Notes: generated from the letters alone by a model not told the origin. A DNA stretch of 64,000 nt from Prasinococcaceae sp. CCMP 1430 (GCA_013416795.1 RQSC01000016.1:170560-234559), one strand, 5' to 3'. Shown: positions 23,597 through 34,145, counted from the stretch's first letter. A program made the numbers and translations.

Positions 23597-24633
23597 TTAC
23601 TTATTAAGCCCTGCCATGATCTCAGCCGCGCGCTGTGTGAAGGCCTGCGCGACGCGCTCCGCGTCCGCAGCGAAGCCCGTCTCCTGCGCGGCCAGTCGCG
23701 CCGCAGCGAGCGCCTCCTTGCGCGCTGAGGCGAGCGCTGCCGACGCCGCGCGCTTGTTGCAGTCTGCAGGGGCGCGCCGCATTGCCTCGGCCACCGCGCG
23801 GCGGCAGAGCAGGTCGGCAGCGTGCAACGCACTCTCCGCGGTTGCGGCGCGGTCGGCCTCGCGACTCGCGAGCAGGGCCTCGTCTTCCGACGCGAGCAGC
23901 TCGGGCGCGGCGCCCCACGCGACGTGCATGATCCATGTGGCCGCCTGGTGGCGCTCCGCCAGGAGATATTGCGCCGACGGCGGGTCAGCGTGTGCGCACG
24001 GGGACGCACCAGCGCAGCTCGGCGCGCTCTCGCACGCGACCTCACCTCCTCTGCGAAGCCGTCGACATCTGCGCCCTCTGCAGCAGTGTCGAGGGACAGG
24101 ACAGGCCCACCCTCGGTGCTCGCATCGGGCACCTCCATGACTGCCGCCATGCGCGCGATGGTCTCCTCACCCACGCGTGCGCCGCCCGCGCGCGACGCGT
24201 CGCGAGCCACGCACGCGCTTGTGCTCGCTTGCACGTGCACACACGCGAATGCGGCGCGGGCGCGGCGACACAGTCCGTAGAACTCGCGGCGCATCGAGCG
24301 GTAGAAGTGGTTGTCGTCAACCAGCACGACCCCGCCGCTGCCGCGCGTGCCGCCCTCGCCGCCCTCGCCGCGCCACTCATCGAGCGCCCGCGCCACACGG
24401 GACGCAGCCAGTCTGCGCGACTCCTTCCACACGCGCGCACCCTCCTCACCACCCCACTCCGCACTACCGTCACGCACGCTCCTCCTTGCCTCGTCGAGGT
24501 AGGCGTCGGCGGCGACGCTCACGCACCGCACGCCGTGCGCGCGGCCGAGGACGCCCGCCAGCGCGGCCGCGAGCGTCGACTTGCCCGAGCCGGGCAGGCC
24601 GACGAGCACCACCACCAACGAGGGGGCCCGCAT
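23597..24633 (-). CDS. PSTK: O-phosphoseryl-tRNA(Sec) kinase-like P-loop kinase; exons 24046-24633 and 23597-23944
   Basis: LVGLPGSGKST, LVDDNHFYRSMRREFY and ACVARDASR...VGEETIARM. The related KTI12 family is less likely. Confidence 0.75.
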
Positions 24634-24928
24634 CGGAGTATCGGCTGGGCGCGAGGCAGGCCCTGCGCGCGCGCAGGGCGCGCATCGACCGTCGCAGCCG
24701 ACGTGTGCGTGTGTGTGTGTGTGGTGAGGGGAGCTGGGCGGTGGTCGCTGTCAGGCGCGCACCGCCGGCCGCGCGCGGCGCCCTGCGGTTTGGGTTGAGG
24801 CTTCCCAGGGGGGTAAGGTGCATTGATGCCAGCGTGAGGATTGTAGATTTAGTGTAGGGTCTGTTATGTATATCAAAATGCATTGTGATTCACGCACACG
24901 TGGCGGCGGCGGCTGGGCTGGCCGCGCC

Positions 24929-27900
24929 ATGGCGGGCTCGGCGGGCTCGGACGGCCGGCTGACGGCCGCAGTTGGGGCCGACGCGGCGTCTGACCGCGCG
25001 ACGGTCGGCACCGTCTCGTGCGACGTCGTCAAGGCCGATGCTTCGACCGCGTCCGCGTCGACGAGCGGCCCGCCCGAGCTCTACGGCAAGTTCACCTGGA
25101 AGATAGACAAGTTCTCGGAGATCTCCAAGCGGGAGTTGCGCTCCTCCATGTTCAAGGTGGGGGGCTTCCACTGGTACATCCTGGTGTATCCCCACGGCTG
25201 CGACGTGAGCGACCACTTGAGCCTCTTCCTGTGCGTTGCGGACTACGACAAGCTGCTGCCTGGCTGGACGCACTTCGCGCAGTTCACAATCGCAGTGGTG
25301 AACCGAGACCCCAAGAAGTCCAAGTACTCGGACACGCTGCACCGCTTCAGCAAGAAGGAGCACGACTGGGGGTGGAAGAAGTTCATGTCTCTCGACAAGC
25401 TGGCGGACGGCTTCACGGTGAGCGACACGTTGGTGATAAAGGCACAGGTGCAGGTCATCAAGGAGGCCAGCGCGAGCCCCTTCAGATGTCTGGACGCGCA
25501 GTACCGACGCGAGCTGGTGCGCGTGTACCTGACCAACGTGGAGGGGATCTGCAGGCGGTTTGTGGAGGAGCGGCGCACGGAGCTGGCGCGGATGGCGCGC
25601 ACAGCAGACGCAGGGTTCCGGTCGTACTGGGGCACCGCAGAGGGCGACCGACAGCGGCGCAGCACGGCCGAGTCGCGCGCCGGCGTGCTGAAGGCCATCG
25701 TCAAGCGCTTCTTCAACGAGAAGGAGGTGACGTCGACGCTGTTGATGGACGCGCTGTGTTCAGGCGTGAGCGCTCTGCTGCCACTGGAGGAGGCTGAGGT
25801 CGCGCGCGCTGCGCAGGAAGAGGCGCGCGCGGCGGCGCTCGAAGCGCTCGCAGCCGACGTCGAGGCGACGCCCATGAGCGAGATGACCGACGCCTCGCGC
25901 GACGAGCGCCTGCGCGCTCTCGAGGGGGCAGCGCTGCCGCCGCTGGCTAATCTGGTCGGCACGACGGGGCCCGGCGGCGACTTCGTGCTTGCGGTCGATG
26001 TCCTGTCGGCGCTCGAGGTGGGCGTTTCGGCCTCGCTTCCGCCTGCGCCGGAGGACAAGGTGGACTCGCCAGAGCGCGACGACGCGCGCCTGGCCGAGCT
26101 CGGGAGGTGCACCGTCGAGATGTTTGTGCTAGGGCATCTCATGTCGCAGCGCGTGGAGGTGGCCTACCGCGAGGCCGAAGCGCTCAAGATGCAGCAGGAG
26201 CTGCTTCGCGAGGAGGAGGAGGAACGCGCGGGCGCCAACGCCGCCTCCGAGAAGCGCTCCAAAAAGCAGGAGAAGCGCAAGCGGAAAAAGGAGCAGGCGA
26301 AGAAGGAGCGCGCCGAGAAGGAAGCTGCCGAGGCGGAGGCAGCGGCTGCCGCGGAGGCGATCGCCGCCGAGGAGAAGCGGAAAGCCAAGGAGGCCGCCGC
26401 CGAGGCCGCCAGGCTCAAGGCGGAGGCCAAGGCGAAGAGCGAAGCGGAGGCCAAGGCCAAGAGCGAGGCAGAAGCCAAGATCAAGGCGAAGGCCGCCGCA
26501 GAGGCCAAGGCGAAGGCCAAGGCGGAGGCCAAGGCGGCCAAGGCGGAGGCCGCCGCCAAGGCGGAGGCCGCCGCCAAGGCGGAGGCGGCAGAGGCGGAGC
26601 TCAGGGCGGATGCGCAGCGACGGAAGGCCGGGGAGGCGGCCAGAGGTGCCGAGGCTGCGAAAGCGAACCTGCGAGAGAATGGCCTTTGCGCGGAGGGAGC
26701 GCCAGCTCCGGCGTCGGGGAGCTCTGAGTCGGGCACAGACAGTGGCTCGAGCTCCAGCGGCGAGAGCGACGCGAGCGCACGTGGTAGCAGCGGTGACGGC
26801 GGACGCGGGGCGCCAGAAAGGATGGATGCGGCGACGCGAGCGCAGTCGCAGGCGCTCGCACAGGCGCAGGCACGTGCGCCGTCCGAGCGCGGAAACGTGC
26901 ACGACGGCGACGGCGGGGGATGGGAGCAGGTTGAGCGTGGGCGACGGGCCAAGGGGGACGGCGGCAGGGACGATGCCGCCGCCGCTGCCAAGCGCGCCGC
27001 CGCTGCTGGCGTGGGGTCGGCGGCGCCCATAGGAGGTGCTCCAGTCGTCACAGCGCGGGCGAACACTGCGGCGGCGGCCGCGGCGGCCGCCGCGGCCGCC
27101 GCACAGGGTCCGCTAGCAATGAGCTCAGCTGCGCCGGGTGCGCACAGCGCGCCCGCGCCCGCGGCGGGCGCGGCAGCAGGTAGCGCGGAGGTCCTCGCGC
27201 TGCGGCAGCGCGTGGTGGCGCTCGAGTCGGCGCTCCGCTCCAAGGAGGCGGAGGTGCGGTCGCTCCACGACGCGCTGCGGCGCGAGCGCGAGCGCGCCGA
27301 CGCCATGGCATCTGCAGCAACGGTCATGAAGGGGGGTGACTCGAGCGTGAGCGCCAACGCCGCTCCGAGCACTCGTGCCCCGCAGGCTCAGCCATCCTCG
27401 CAGCCGCCCGCGCGGGGTGCCGGCATGGTTGGCGCGAGCAGCCCGCGCGTCCGCGTCGCGGAGAACCGTGCGTGGGGCAGCGCGGGCGCGGCCGCACAGG
27501 CGCAGCAGCAGCAGCAGGCGCAGCAGCAGCGGGCACAGGCAGGGGTGTCGGGCGCTCGGAGCGGCGCCTCGATGCCGCCAGGATTCGTTGGTGGAGGTGG
27601 TTCGCCCCTCAAGCAGCCGTCGGCGCAGTCCTCGCCGCAGCAGCCATCTCACCTGGTCCAGCCGACGTCGGCGGCAATGTCGCCGCAGCAGCAGCAGCGC
27701 GCGGTGGCGGCCGCCGCCGCAGCAGCGGCAGCAGTTGCGACCTCCGCACAGTTCGCCGCGCGCAGCGCAGCCCCGCCTGCAAGCGGAGCGAACGCGTCGG
27801 CTGCTTCGGCCGGACTCATGCCCACCACGCCCCCCGGGCGCTCGCTAGGCGGGCTCGGCATGCCAATGGGCACGCCCCAGCAACAGGCGGCGCGCGTCCC

Positions 27901-28009
27901 GCCGCCTGGCTTGCCGGCGATGTCGCTGCACCAGGCCGTGCCGGTGGGCACACCCATGACGGAGGACTTCAGGCACCACCTGGACATGATTGATAGCCTT
28001 CTGGAGTGA
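24929..28009 (+). CDS. MATH/TRAF-domain coiled-coil protein (At5g43560/TRAF1-like)
   Basis: YGKFTWKIDKFSEISKRELRS...WYILVYPHGCDVSDHLSLFLCVA...HRFSKKEHDWGWKKF and LDAQYRRELVRVYLTNVEGIC. Confidence 0.92.
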   Translation: MAGSAGSDGRLTAAVGADAASDRATVGTVSCDVVKADASTASASTSGPPELYGKFTWKIDKFSEISKRELRSSMFKVGGFHWYILVYPHGCDVSDHLSLFLCVADYDKLLPGWTHFAQFTIAVVNRDPKKSKYSDTLHRFSKKEHDWGWKKFMSLDKLADGFTVSDTLVIKAQVQVIKEASASPFRCLDAQYRRELVRVYLTNVEGICRRFVEERRTELARMARTADAGFRSYWGTAEGDRQRRSTAESRAGVLKAIVKRFFNEKEVTSTLLMDALCSGVSALLPLEEAEVARAAQEEARAAALEALAADVEATPMSEMTDASRDERLRALEGAALPPLANLVGTTGPGGDFVLAVDVLSALEVGVSASLPPAPEDKVDSPERDDARLAELGRCTVEMFVLGHLMSQRVEVAYREAEALKMQQELLREEEEERAGANAASEKRSKKQEKRKRKKEQAKKERAEKEAAEAEAAAAAEAIAAEEKRKAKEAAAEAARLKAEAKAKSEAEAKAKSEAEAKIKAKAAAEAKAKAKAEAKAAKAEAAAKAEAAAKAEAAEAELRADAQRRKAGEAARGAEAAKANLRENGLCAEGAPAPASGSSESGTDSGSSSSGESDASARGSSGDGGRGAPERMDAATRAQSQALAQAQARAPSERGNVHDGDGGGWEQVERGRRAKGDGGRDDAAAAAKRAAAAGVGSAAPIGGAPVVTARANTAAAAAAAAAAAAQGPLAMSSAAPGAHSAPAPAAGAAAGSAEVLALRQRVVALESALRSKEAEVRSLHDALRRERERADAMASAATVMKGGDSSVSANAAPSTRAPQAQPSSQPPARGAGMVGASSPRVRVAENRAWGSAGAAAQAQQQQQAQQQRAQAGVSGARSGASMPPGFVGGGGSPLKQPSAQSSPQQPSHLVQPTSAAMSPQQQQRAVAAAAAAAAAVATSAQFAARSAAPPASGANASAASAGLMPTTPPGRSLGGLGMPMGTPQQQAARVPPPGLPAMSLHQAVPVGTPMTEDFRHHLDMIDSLLE

Positions 28010-28246
28010 GCGGGTTCGCGCCGCAGGCAACTGGTGCAGCACGGCAGGCTCAGGGCGCAGCGCTCGCGCGCCCCACGTAAGTTCTCGCAGCAGTCCGGCA
28101 AGCGAGCATTGCGCGCCCGCGCGGCGGCGAGCACGCGCGCAGCCGCGCGCCCCTCCATCCCTGGCAAGAGATGCGTGTACTATTACTGCGACCTGCGCCG
28201 CGCTTCTACTGGGGCCCGCAAGAGGGGTGGGGTGAAGGGATGCGAC

Positions 28247-29425
28247 TCAGTCGTCCAGCTTGCGCTTCTTGTCCTTCTTGGCCGACTTCTCCTTCTTCTC
28301 TTTCTTTTCCTTCTTCTCCTTCTTTTCCTTCTTTTCCTTCTTCTCCTTCTTCCCCGTGCTCTTCCCCGCCTCGTCGCTCGCATCGCTGCTGTCGGCCTTC
28401 TTGACAGGCGTCACCATGTCAGCCGACGTGTCCATCGCCGCCGCCGCCGCCGCGCCCGCCCCGGCGTCCGCCGCCGCGGTACCGAGCGCGGGCACCGCCT
28501 TCAGCCACTCCGAGGGCGTCGAGGCGTTGGGGCGCCCGTGCTTGTCGAGCTTGCCCTCCGCGATGAGCGCCTTCTTCTTGACCGCCATCGGCCCCAGACC
28601 CCAGCGCCTGGGGTAGGTGTCGCGCTCCATCACCACGCGCTTGATCTTAGCGACCACGCCGTGGTCGCACGTGGCCATCACGGCGGTCGTCATCTGTGCG
28701 ATGGCCACCGCGATCGCCTCGCCCTTGGTGGTCATGAGCACGCACTCGTCGCCCACGTCGATGCCCGACTCGTAGCGCAGCAGGCCGGGAATCATCAGCT
28801 TGGCGCCGTAGCAGATGGCGTTCACGGCGCTGTCCTTGACCACCACGCGCTTGAAGCTCGTGAGCAGCACCTCGAGCGGCATCACTACGCGGCGCAGGTA
28901 CGACTCATCCTTGGAGTTGTCGTAGACGTGCTGGGCGTCGAGCACGTCATGCATGGTGCTCATGGGGTCGCCCTCCGAGAGGATGCCGGAGCGCACGCGG
29001 CGCAGCTCCTGCATGTGCCCGCCAATACCCAACAGCAGGCCCATGTGCACGCACAGCGTACGGATGTACGTGCCTGCCTCGCAGCTCACCCAGAACACGG
29101 CCAGGTTGCGCTCGGCGTCGTACTCGATGAGCTTGCTGTCGTAGATGGTGCGCACGCGCAGCTGGCGCTTCACCGCGGAGATGAGCGGCGGGCGCTGGAA
29201 AAGCGCGCCGGTGAGCGTCTCGATGGCGCGCCCGACCTGCACCTTCTCGGCGGCGGCGTGGAGGCGGGCGACGGCCACGTACTCCTTGCCGGCGCCCTGC
29301 TGCGCCTTGACGAGGCGCGTCGCGCGGTCGATGCACACGATCAGGCAGCCCGTGACCTTCGGGTCAAGCGTGCCCGAGTGCCCGGTCTTCTCCACGCGCA
29401 GGATGCGCTTGATCCACGCCACGAC
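28247..29425 (-). CDS. DKC1: Dyskerin / H/ACA pseudouridine synthase Cbf5; 5' exon(s) lost at N29479
   Basis: [27 protein letters not shown] domain, [12 protein letters not shown] and a KKE-repeat tail. Confidence 0.97.
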   Translation of the reverse strand, partial: VVAWIKRILRVEKTGHSGTLDPKVTGCLIVCIDRATRLVKAQQGAGKEYVAVARLHAAAEKVQVGRAIETLTGALFQRPPLISAVKRQLRVRTIYDSKLIEYDAERNLAVFWVSCEAGTYIRTLCVHMGLLLGIGGHMQELRRVRSGILSEGDPMSTMHDVLDAQHVYDNSKDESYLRRVVMPLEVLLTSFKRVVVKDSAVNAICYGAKLMIPGLLRYESGIDVGDECVLMTTKGEAIAVAIAQMTTAVMATCDHGVVAKIKRVVMERDTYPRRWGLGPMAVKKKALIAEGKLDKHGRPNASTPSEWLKAVPALGTAAADAGAGAAAAAAMDTSADMVTPVKKADSSDASDEAGKSTGKKEKKEKKEKKEKKEKKEKKEKSAKKDKKRKLDD

Positions 29426-29480
29426 CTGCGCGAGAGGGGAGGGTGGGACGCGTCGTCGGGCTCGCTGTACGTCGGCGGNG

Positions 29481-30284
29481 TTCGTCGGGCACATCAAGAC
29501 GCTTTGCGAGCCCATCGCGGCCGCTGAGGGTGGTGGAGGTAGGCTCGTCGAGCCGCTCACTTCTCTCGCCACGACGACCGGCAAGGCGATCGCCGAGGTC
29601 GAAGAGCAGCGGCAGGAGGCGGAAAAGCTGGCGGTGAGCGTGGCAGCTGTTGACACGGTCGACGACTCGGTGACCGCGGAGGCCTTCGACGTGGCCGACA
29701 TGTCGGTGCACCTGCTCATGACGGCGTTCACAGAGGCCACCGAGGGTGCAGCTAGTCGCGAGAAGACAGACAAGCGCGGGGCGCTTTTGCGTGCGGAGAG
29801 CTATCGCGCGTTGGCTCAAGCACTCGGCCGCGCTGCGGCAGCAGGGGCAGCGGCTGCGACAGAGGCGCGGTCGCAGGCCAAGGCGCGCGCCACAGAGCAG
29901 CGCGAGGAGTATCTCATGGCCCTCATCGGGAAAAATTTTGGGAAGCCGCTTGAGTTCCTCGGCAAGCTTGAGGCTGTCGCTCGCACAATATCCGCCGACG
30001 AGGTGCCTCTCGCGGCAGGTTTCTCTAAGGAGGAAGCCGAGCGCTCTCTCAAAATGCCCATGCCGCCTGACAAGGCGGTGAGGGCTCTCAAGGCCAAGAT
30101 CACTGGCCACCTGGGCACCGAGAACTCGCCTGCAGTGGGGCGCGTCTGGGCAGCGGCCTGCGAGCTGCTGCCCGAACGCTGGGAGGAGCTCTCGAAGGCG
30201 CTGCGCACGAGCTACCGCAGCCGTTCCATGCTATCGCCTACGACCGAGGAGCTGCGCGGCATGATGCTGAAGCTGAAGTCGTAA
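29481..30284 (+). CDS. SEC3: Exocyst subunit SEC3/EXOC1, C-terminal part only; 5' lost at N29479
   Basis: ...FLGKLEAVARTISADEVPLAAGFSKEE...DKAVRALKAKITGHL...VW...SY...PTTEELRGMM resembles the plant SEC3 C-terminus (TITPEEIPFQLGLSK...VDKSIAAMYKKLQKNL). Confidence 0.7.
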   Translation, partial: FVGHIKTLCEPIAAAEGGGGRLVEPLTSLATTTGKAIAEVEEQRQEAEKLAVSVAAVDTVDDSVTAEAFDVADMSVHLLMTAFTEATEGAASREKTDKRGALLRAESYRALAQALGRAAAAGAAAATEARSQAKARATEQREEYLMALIGKNFGKPLEFLGKLEAVARTISADEVPLAAGFSKEEAERSLKMPMPPDKAVRALKAKITGHLGTENSPAVGRVWAAACELLPERWEELSKALRTSYRSRSMLSPTTEELRGMMLKLKS

Positions 30285-31409
30285 AGCCCAAGCACAATAT
30301 ACTACTCAAAGCCCAGACCCATGCTCTTCTGCCGCCGCAGAGCTTTGACAGGCTCGGCGTAGCCGCCGCGCGCGGAGAGCCGCCGGCGGCGCCCCGGCGG
30401 CTGGCGGAATCCACAGCACGAATACGCTCACAAAACCCGAATTAAGTGGATTCCATCTCTCTCATGGAATGCTCTTTCACACCGTCTGGATTCCGGATTC
30501 CACCGCCGCGCCATCCGCTGCCCTCCGAACTCGGTGCCACGTCCACACACGCGCCGCCGCTTCCCTTCATTTACATGATACACTCAAGTACATATACAGT
30601 GATGAGAAAAGAATTCAATTGAAGACGCGGTCACCCGGCCGAGCGCGACGCGGGGCGGGGCGGGGGGCTCGAGCGCCACTGCGTACTGCCGGGACGCGCG
30701 CGTCTGCGCGTGCAGGCGCCGCCTCCGAGGAGAGGATGATACCCTCAAAGACATTTGTATTGAGGTATAAATGCATGCGCGCCGGAGCGGGAGTAAGGAG
30801 TTCCCCCGGGTTGTGGCTGGCCCGCGCTCTGTCGCTGTCGGGCGTGCGCCGCGCGGCGCGCGGCGCCCGCGGCGTCGCGGGGGCGCCCCGCCGCCGACCG
30901 AGCCCGGACTGCGCCACGGACGCGCAATCCGCCGCCGCCGCCAGCTCACGGCACCGCGCCTTCAAAAGAGGTCGCCCGTGGGATGCTAAAAAGTACGAAC
31001 GCACACATGATGATGGTACATCCAATTCCGCCGCTTTCACGGCTTCCCGCGAGTGCTGTATCAGATAGTATCAATTTGTGGGGCTATTTCGCGCTGGACG
31101 ACATATTTCGGATGGGACATTCCGCGATTTCGCTCTGAGTGGGCGCTTGTGCTGTGGGAGTGCGCGCGCGCGCGCGCGCGCGTGTGTTTTCGTGTGTGCG
31201 TGTGTGTGTGTGCTCGCGCACACGTCGCCACACACGGAGAGGCACATTCGCATCTGTACCATCGTGATGGTACGGACAGTACTGGACGATGGTACCGCGC
31301 ACAGGATATGCGGTCAAGAACAAAAAGGGTCCATGTACGCGGTAGGCATGATTCGTTTTAATAAACGATTTGTTGCGGACAGGCGCAGGCGCGGTTTGGG
31401 TTGACACGC

Positions 31410-31530
31410 GCACCCACCCACCCACCCAACCAACCACCCACCCACCCACCCACACACCCACACACACACACGCGCATTCACACGCATTCACACACACTCG
31501 ATACACACACGCACGCACACACACATACAC
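31410..31530. repeat. (CCCA)n/(CA)n low-complexity tract
   Basis: Seen directly. Confidence 0.85.
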
Positions 31531-32499
31531 ACGCAGCCGCCGGCAGAGCCCTGCACCCGCCCCCGCTCGCGCCCGCGCGCCTGCGCCCGGGGCGGAATGC
31601 AGCCTTATCCGCTTATGGTGGTGGGGTCCAGCCCAGATTGACCTGCAATCGGCCTACCAAAGTGGATTCCGTATTTTACGCTGAATAATAACGAATCCAA
31701 CATTGCATTTATTCGTCATACTACGATACAAGTCCGATATGGAATCCACTATTTCCCACCGAAGTTGCATTGGGATTCCACCTGGCGCAAACGCCGGGAA
31801 AAGCGGGTGCGAAAAGCGGGAGCATCTAACTGCAAAAACCGACAGAACTCTAAATTCTCTCGAGGTTCACATAAGACCTCACATTGTGTTCATTATTCGA
31901 TCATTTCGCGTAAACCCCTCACGAAACTCGGCCCCGCGTTTCGGGCGCGCGCGATGCGCAGCCACACGCGCGCGGGTGCGCCGGCACACGGAACCCATCC
32001 GCGGAATCCACCGTTATACCCCGGATACGCGCGGAATCCAAACCCGGTGTTGCTGGNCGGCGCCGCTCGCGCCGGCGGGCGCCGACGCGGCGATGCGCGC
32101 GGCGAAGAGGGACGCCTTATCCCTTTTTTTTTTTTCCGGGGAGGTTGTAGGCTCCGGTTGGAGCGCTCGCTCGCTCGCGCGCGAGCGCGCGCCTGTGCGC
32201 GCGCGCCCGAGCGAGCGCGGTCGGGCGCAGTGCCCGCCCCCCTGTTGGGGGAGGGGCGATGTGCGCTGGACGATGCGGGGGTGAACCTGGACGGGAGTGC
32301 GGGGCGGGGAGGGGGGATGGCGGGGCACTGCAGGGCCGTGTCGCGCGCGCGCACTCCCGTTTTTTTTTCCCTCCATCTGCGCGCGATTTGTTGGCGACGC
32401 GTGCGGGCGCGCGGGGCGCGGGATGGCGCCTGCTGGGCACGCCGAGCTCGCCTCTGACTCAGTTCGCGCCGCCTGGCTGGCCATCTCATGACATCGCAG

Positions 32500-33533
32500 G
32501 CCCCTACTCTGAGGGCGCGTGCCCGGCGTACCTCGACGGCACCTACCCCGGCGAGTACGTTGCGCGGCGAGCGAGCGCGGCGGAGCGCGTGGGCGCTGCA
32601 GCGCTGCGCGATCCTCTGGCGGCAGCAGCATGCGAGCCGCGCCTCGCTGCGCTTTGCGGGCGCACCGTCGCTTCGCCGATGCCAGACGCAGGCGGGCCGC
32701 GCGCCGCTACTGCTGTGCGACCGTTCGGCCACGCGTGCCTGTGAGCGCGCGCCCGGCGTGTGTGGGGCGCTGTGATTGCCTTCCGCATGCCAAGTCGCCA
32801 AGCGTGCTTCGGACACTGCGCATTGGACGCGGGTGCGCCGCGGTGCGCCGCGCAGTGTGTGCGCGCGACGGGTTGTAGCGCGCGACCGAATAGGCGTCGG
32901 CAGCTGACCCCGTGCCGCTTCCGTCGTCGCCCACCCCCCTTTGTCTGCAGCTACGGCTACGACACCATGCGCCTCTCGGCCGACCCTGAGCGCTTCGCCG
33001 TGTACCGCGAGCAGGAGCTGCTGCACGCGCGCTTCGCTATGCTCGGCCTGGTCGGTGTGGTGATCCCGGAGGCGTTCCCTTCGATCGGCTCGACGTGGTT
33101 CGAGGTGGGCGCGAAGATCTTCGAGGACGACGGCCTTAACTACCTCGGCAACTCGTCGGCCATCCACGCGCAGTCCATCCTCGCGGTGGTGTTCACCCAG
33201 GCGTTCTTCATGGGCCTCATCGAGTCGTACCGCGTGAACGGCGGCCCGGCCGGCGACGGCCTCGACCCGCTGCACCCGGGTGGCCCCTTCTTCGACCCCT
33301 TCGGCCTGGCGGACGACCCGGAGGCGTTCGCTGAGCTCAAGGTGAAGGAGATCAAGAACGGCCGCCTCGCCATGTTCGCCATGCTCGGCGTCTACGTGCA
33401 GGCGCTGTACACGCAGCAGGGCCCGGTCGCCAACTGGAAGGCGCACATCGCCGCGCCCTTCGAGGCCAACGGCTTCGCCTACGGCGCCACCGCCTACTGC
33501 ACGGCGGACCCCGTCAACTCGCTCTGCGGTTAA
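32500..33533 (+). CDS. Chlorophyll a/b-binding protein, major LHCII (LHCBM/Lhcb-type); exons 32500-32554 and 32951-33533; 5' exon not found
   Basis: PAYLDGTYPG|DYGYDT, ELLHARFAMLG, LNYLGNSSAIHAQSILA and FDPFGLADDPEAFAELKVKEIKNGRLAM. Confidence 0.95.
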
Positions 33534-34048
33534 TTCGCACGCCGCGTGAAGCGCGCCCGCCGGCGTGTCAGTGTACCATCCAGAGGCAAGCGCCTAGTTT
33601 CCGATCGCCACTTGCGCGCTGCGGACCTGTCAGACGATGACATTAATTACTCATTGCGTCCGAGGGCCGCGCGCGGGAGCGAGAGGGCGCGCGCAGCCTG
33701 CCCCCCCCTGTCCCACTCCCCTCTTCCCCGCCCCCTTTATCCACCCACCCCACCCACGCACCCTCACGCAGCGCCCTGCCCCAACTCTGATGCCCTCTCT
33801 CACCTCACACCCCACCCCCATCCCACCTCGGCGCGCGCAGACACGGGCCACCCTGAAGAGTGGATGAGTGCCTGATGAGTGACACGTGACGCGCATGCGC
33901 TCGTGCCGATCAGTGTGAATATATTGACAAAATGTGATCAAATTCACCCACGGGCGCTTGATGCTCTGGACGTCACTGTAATTCCATTCGAATCCGAAAA
34001 AAGTGCGCACCGCGCGCTGCCGCGCCGCGCCACACATCGCGCCTCTGC

Positions 34049-34049
<1 letters not shown>

Positions 34050-34088
<39 letters not shown>
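34050..34088 (+). repeat. C39 homopolymer upstream of the uridine kinase ATG
   Basis: Seen directly. Confidence 0.9.
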
Positions 34089-34090
<2 letters not shown>

Positions 34091-34145
34091 GCGCGGCGCC
34101 GGCGCCGGCGCCTGCTGCGGCGGGGCGAGTGCGGGGAGTGGCGCG

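Noticed and set aside
28260-28350. Purine/pyrimidine-biased repeat
   Set aside because: It encodes the normal KKE/KEK tail of Cbf5/dyskerin.
28247-30284. Apparent overlap or fusion of dyskerin and SEC3 ORFs
   Set aside because: Artefact of ORFs reading through the single-N scaffold join at 29479.
31056-31066. GTATCAGA as a retrotransposon Met-tRNA primer-binding site
   Set aside because: Only a partial match to TGGTATCAGAGC, with no LTR pair or gag/pol coding nearby.
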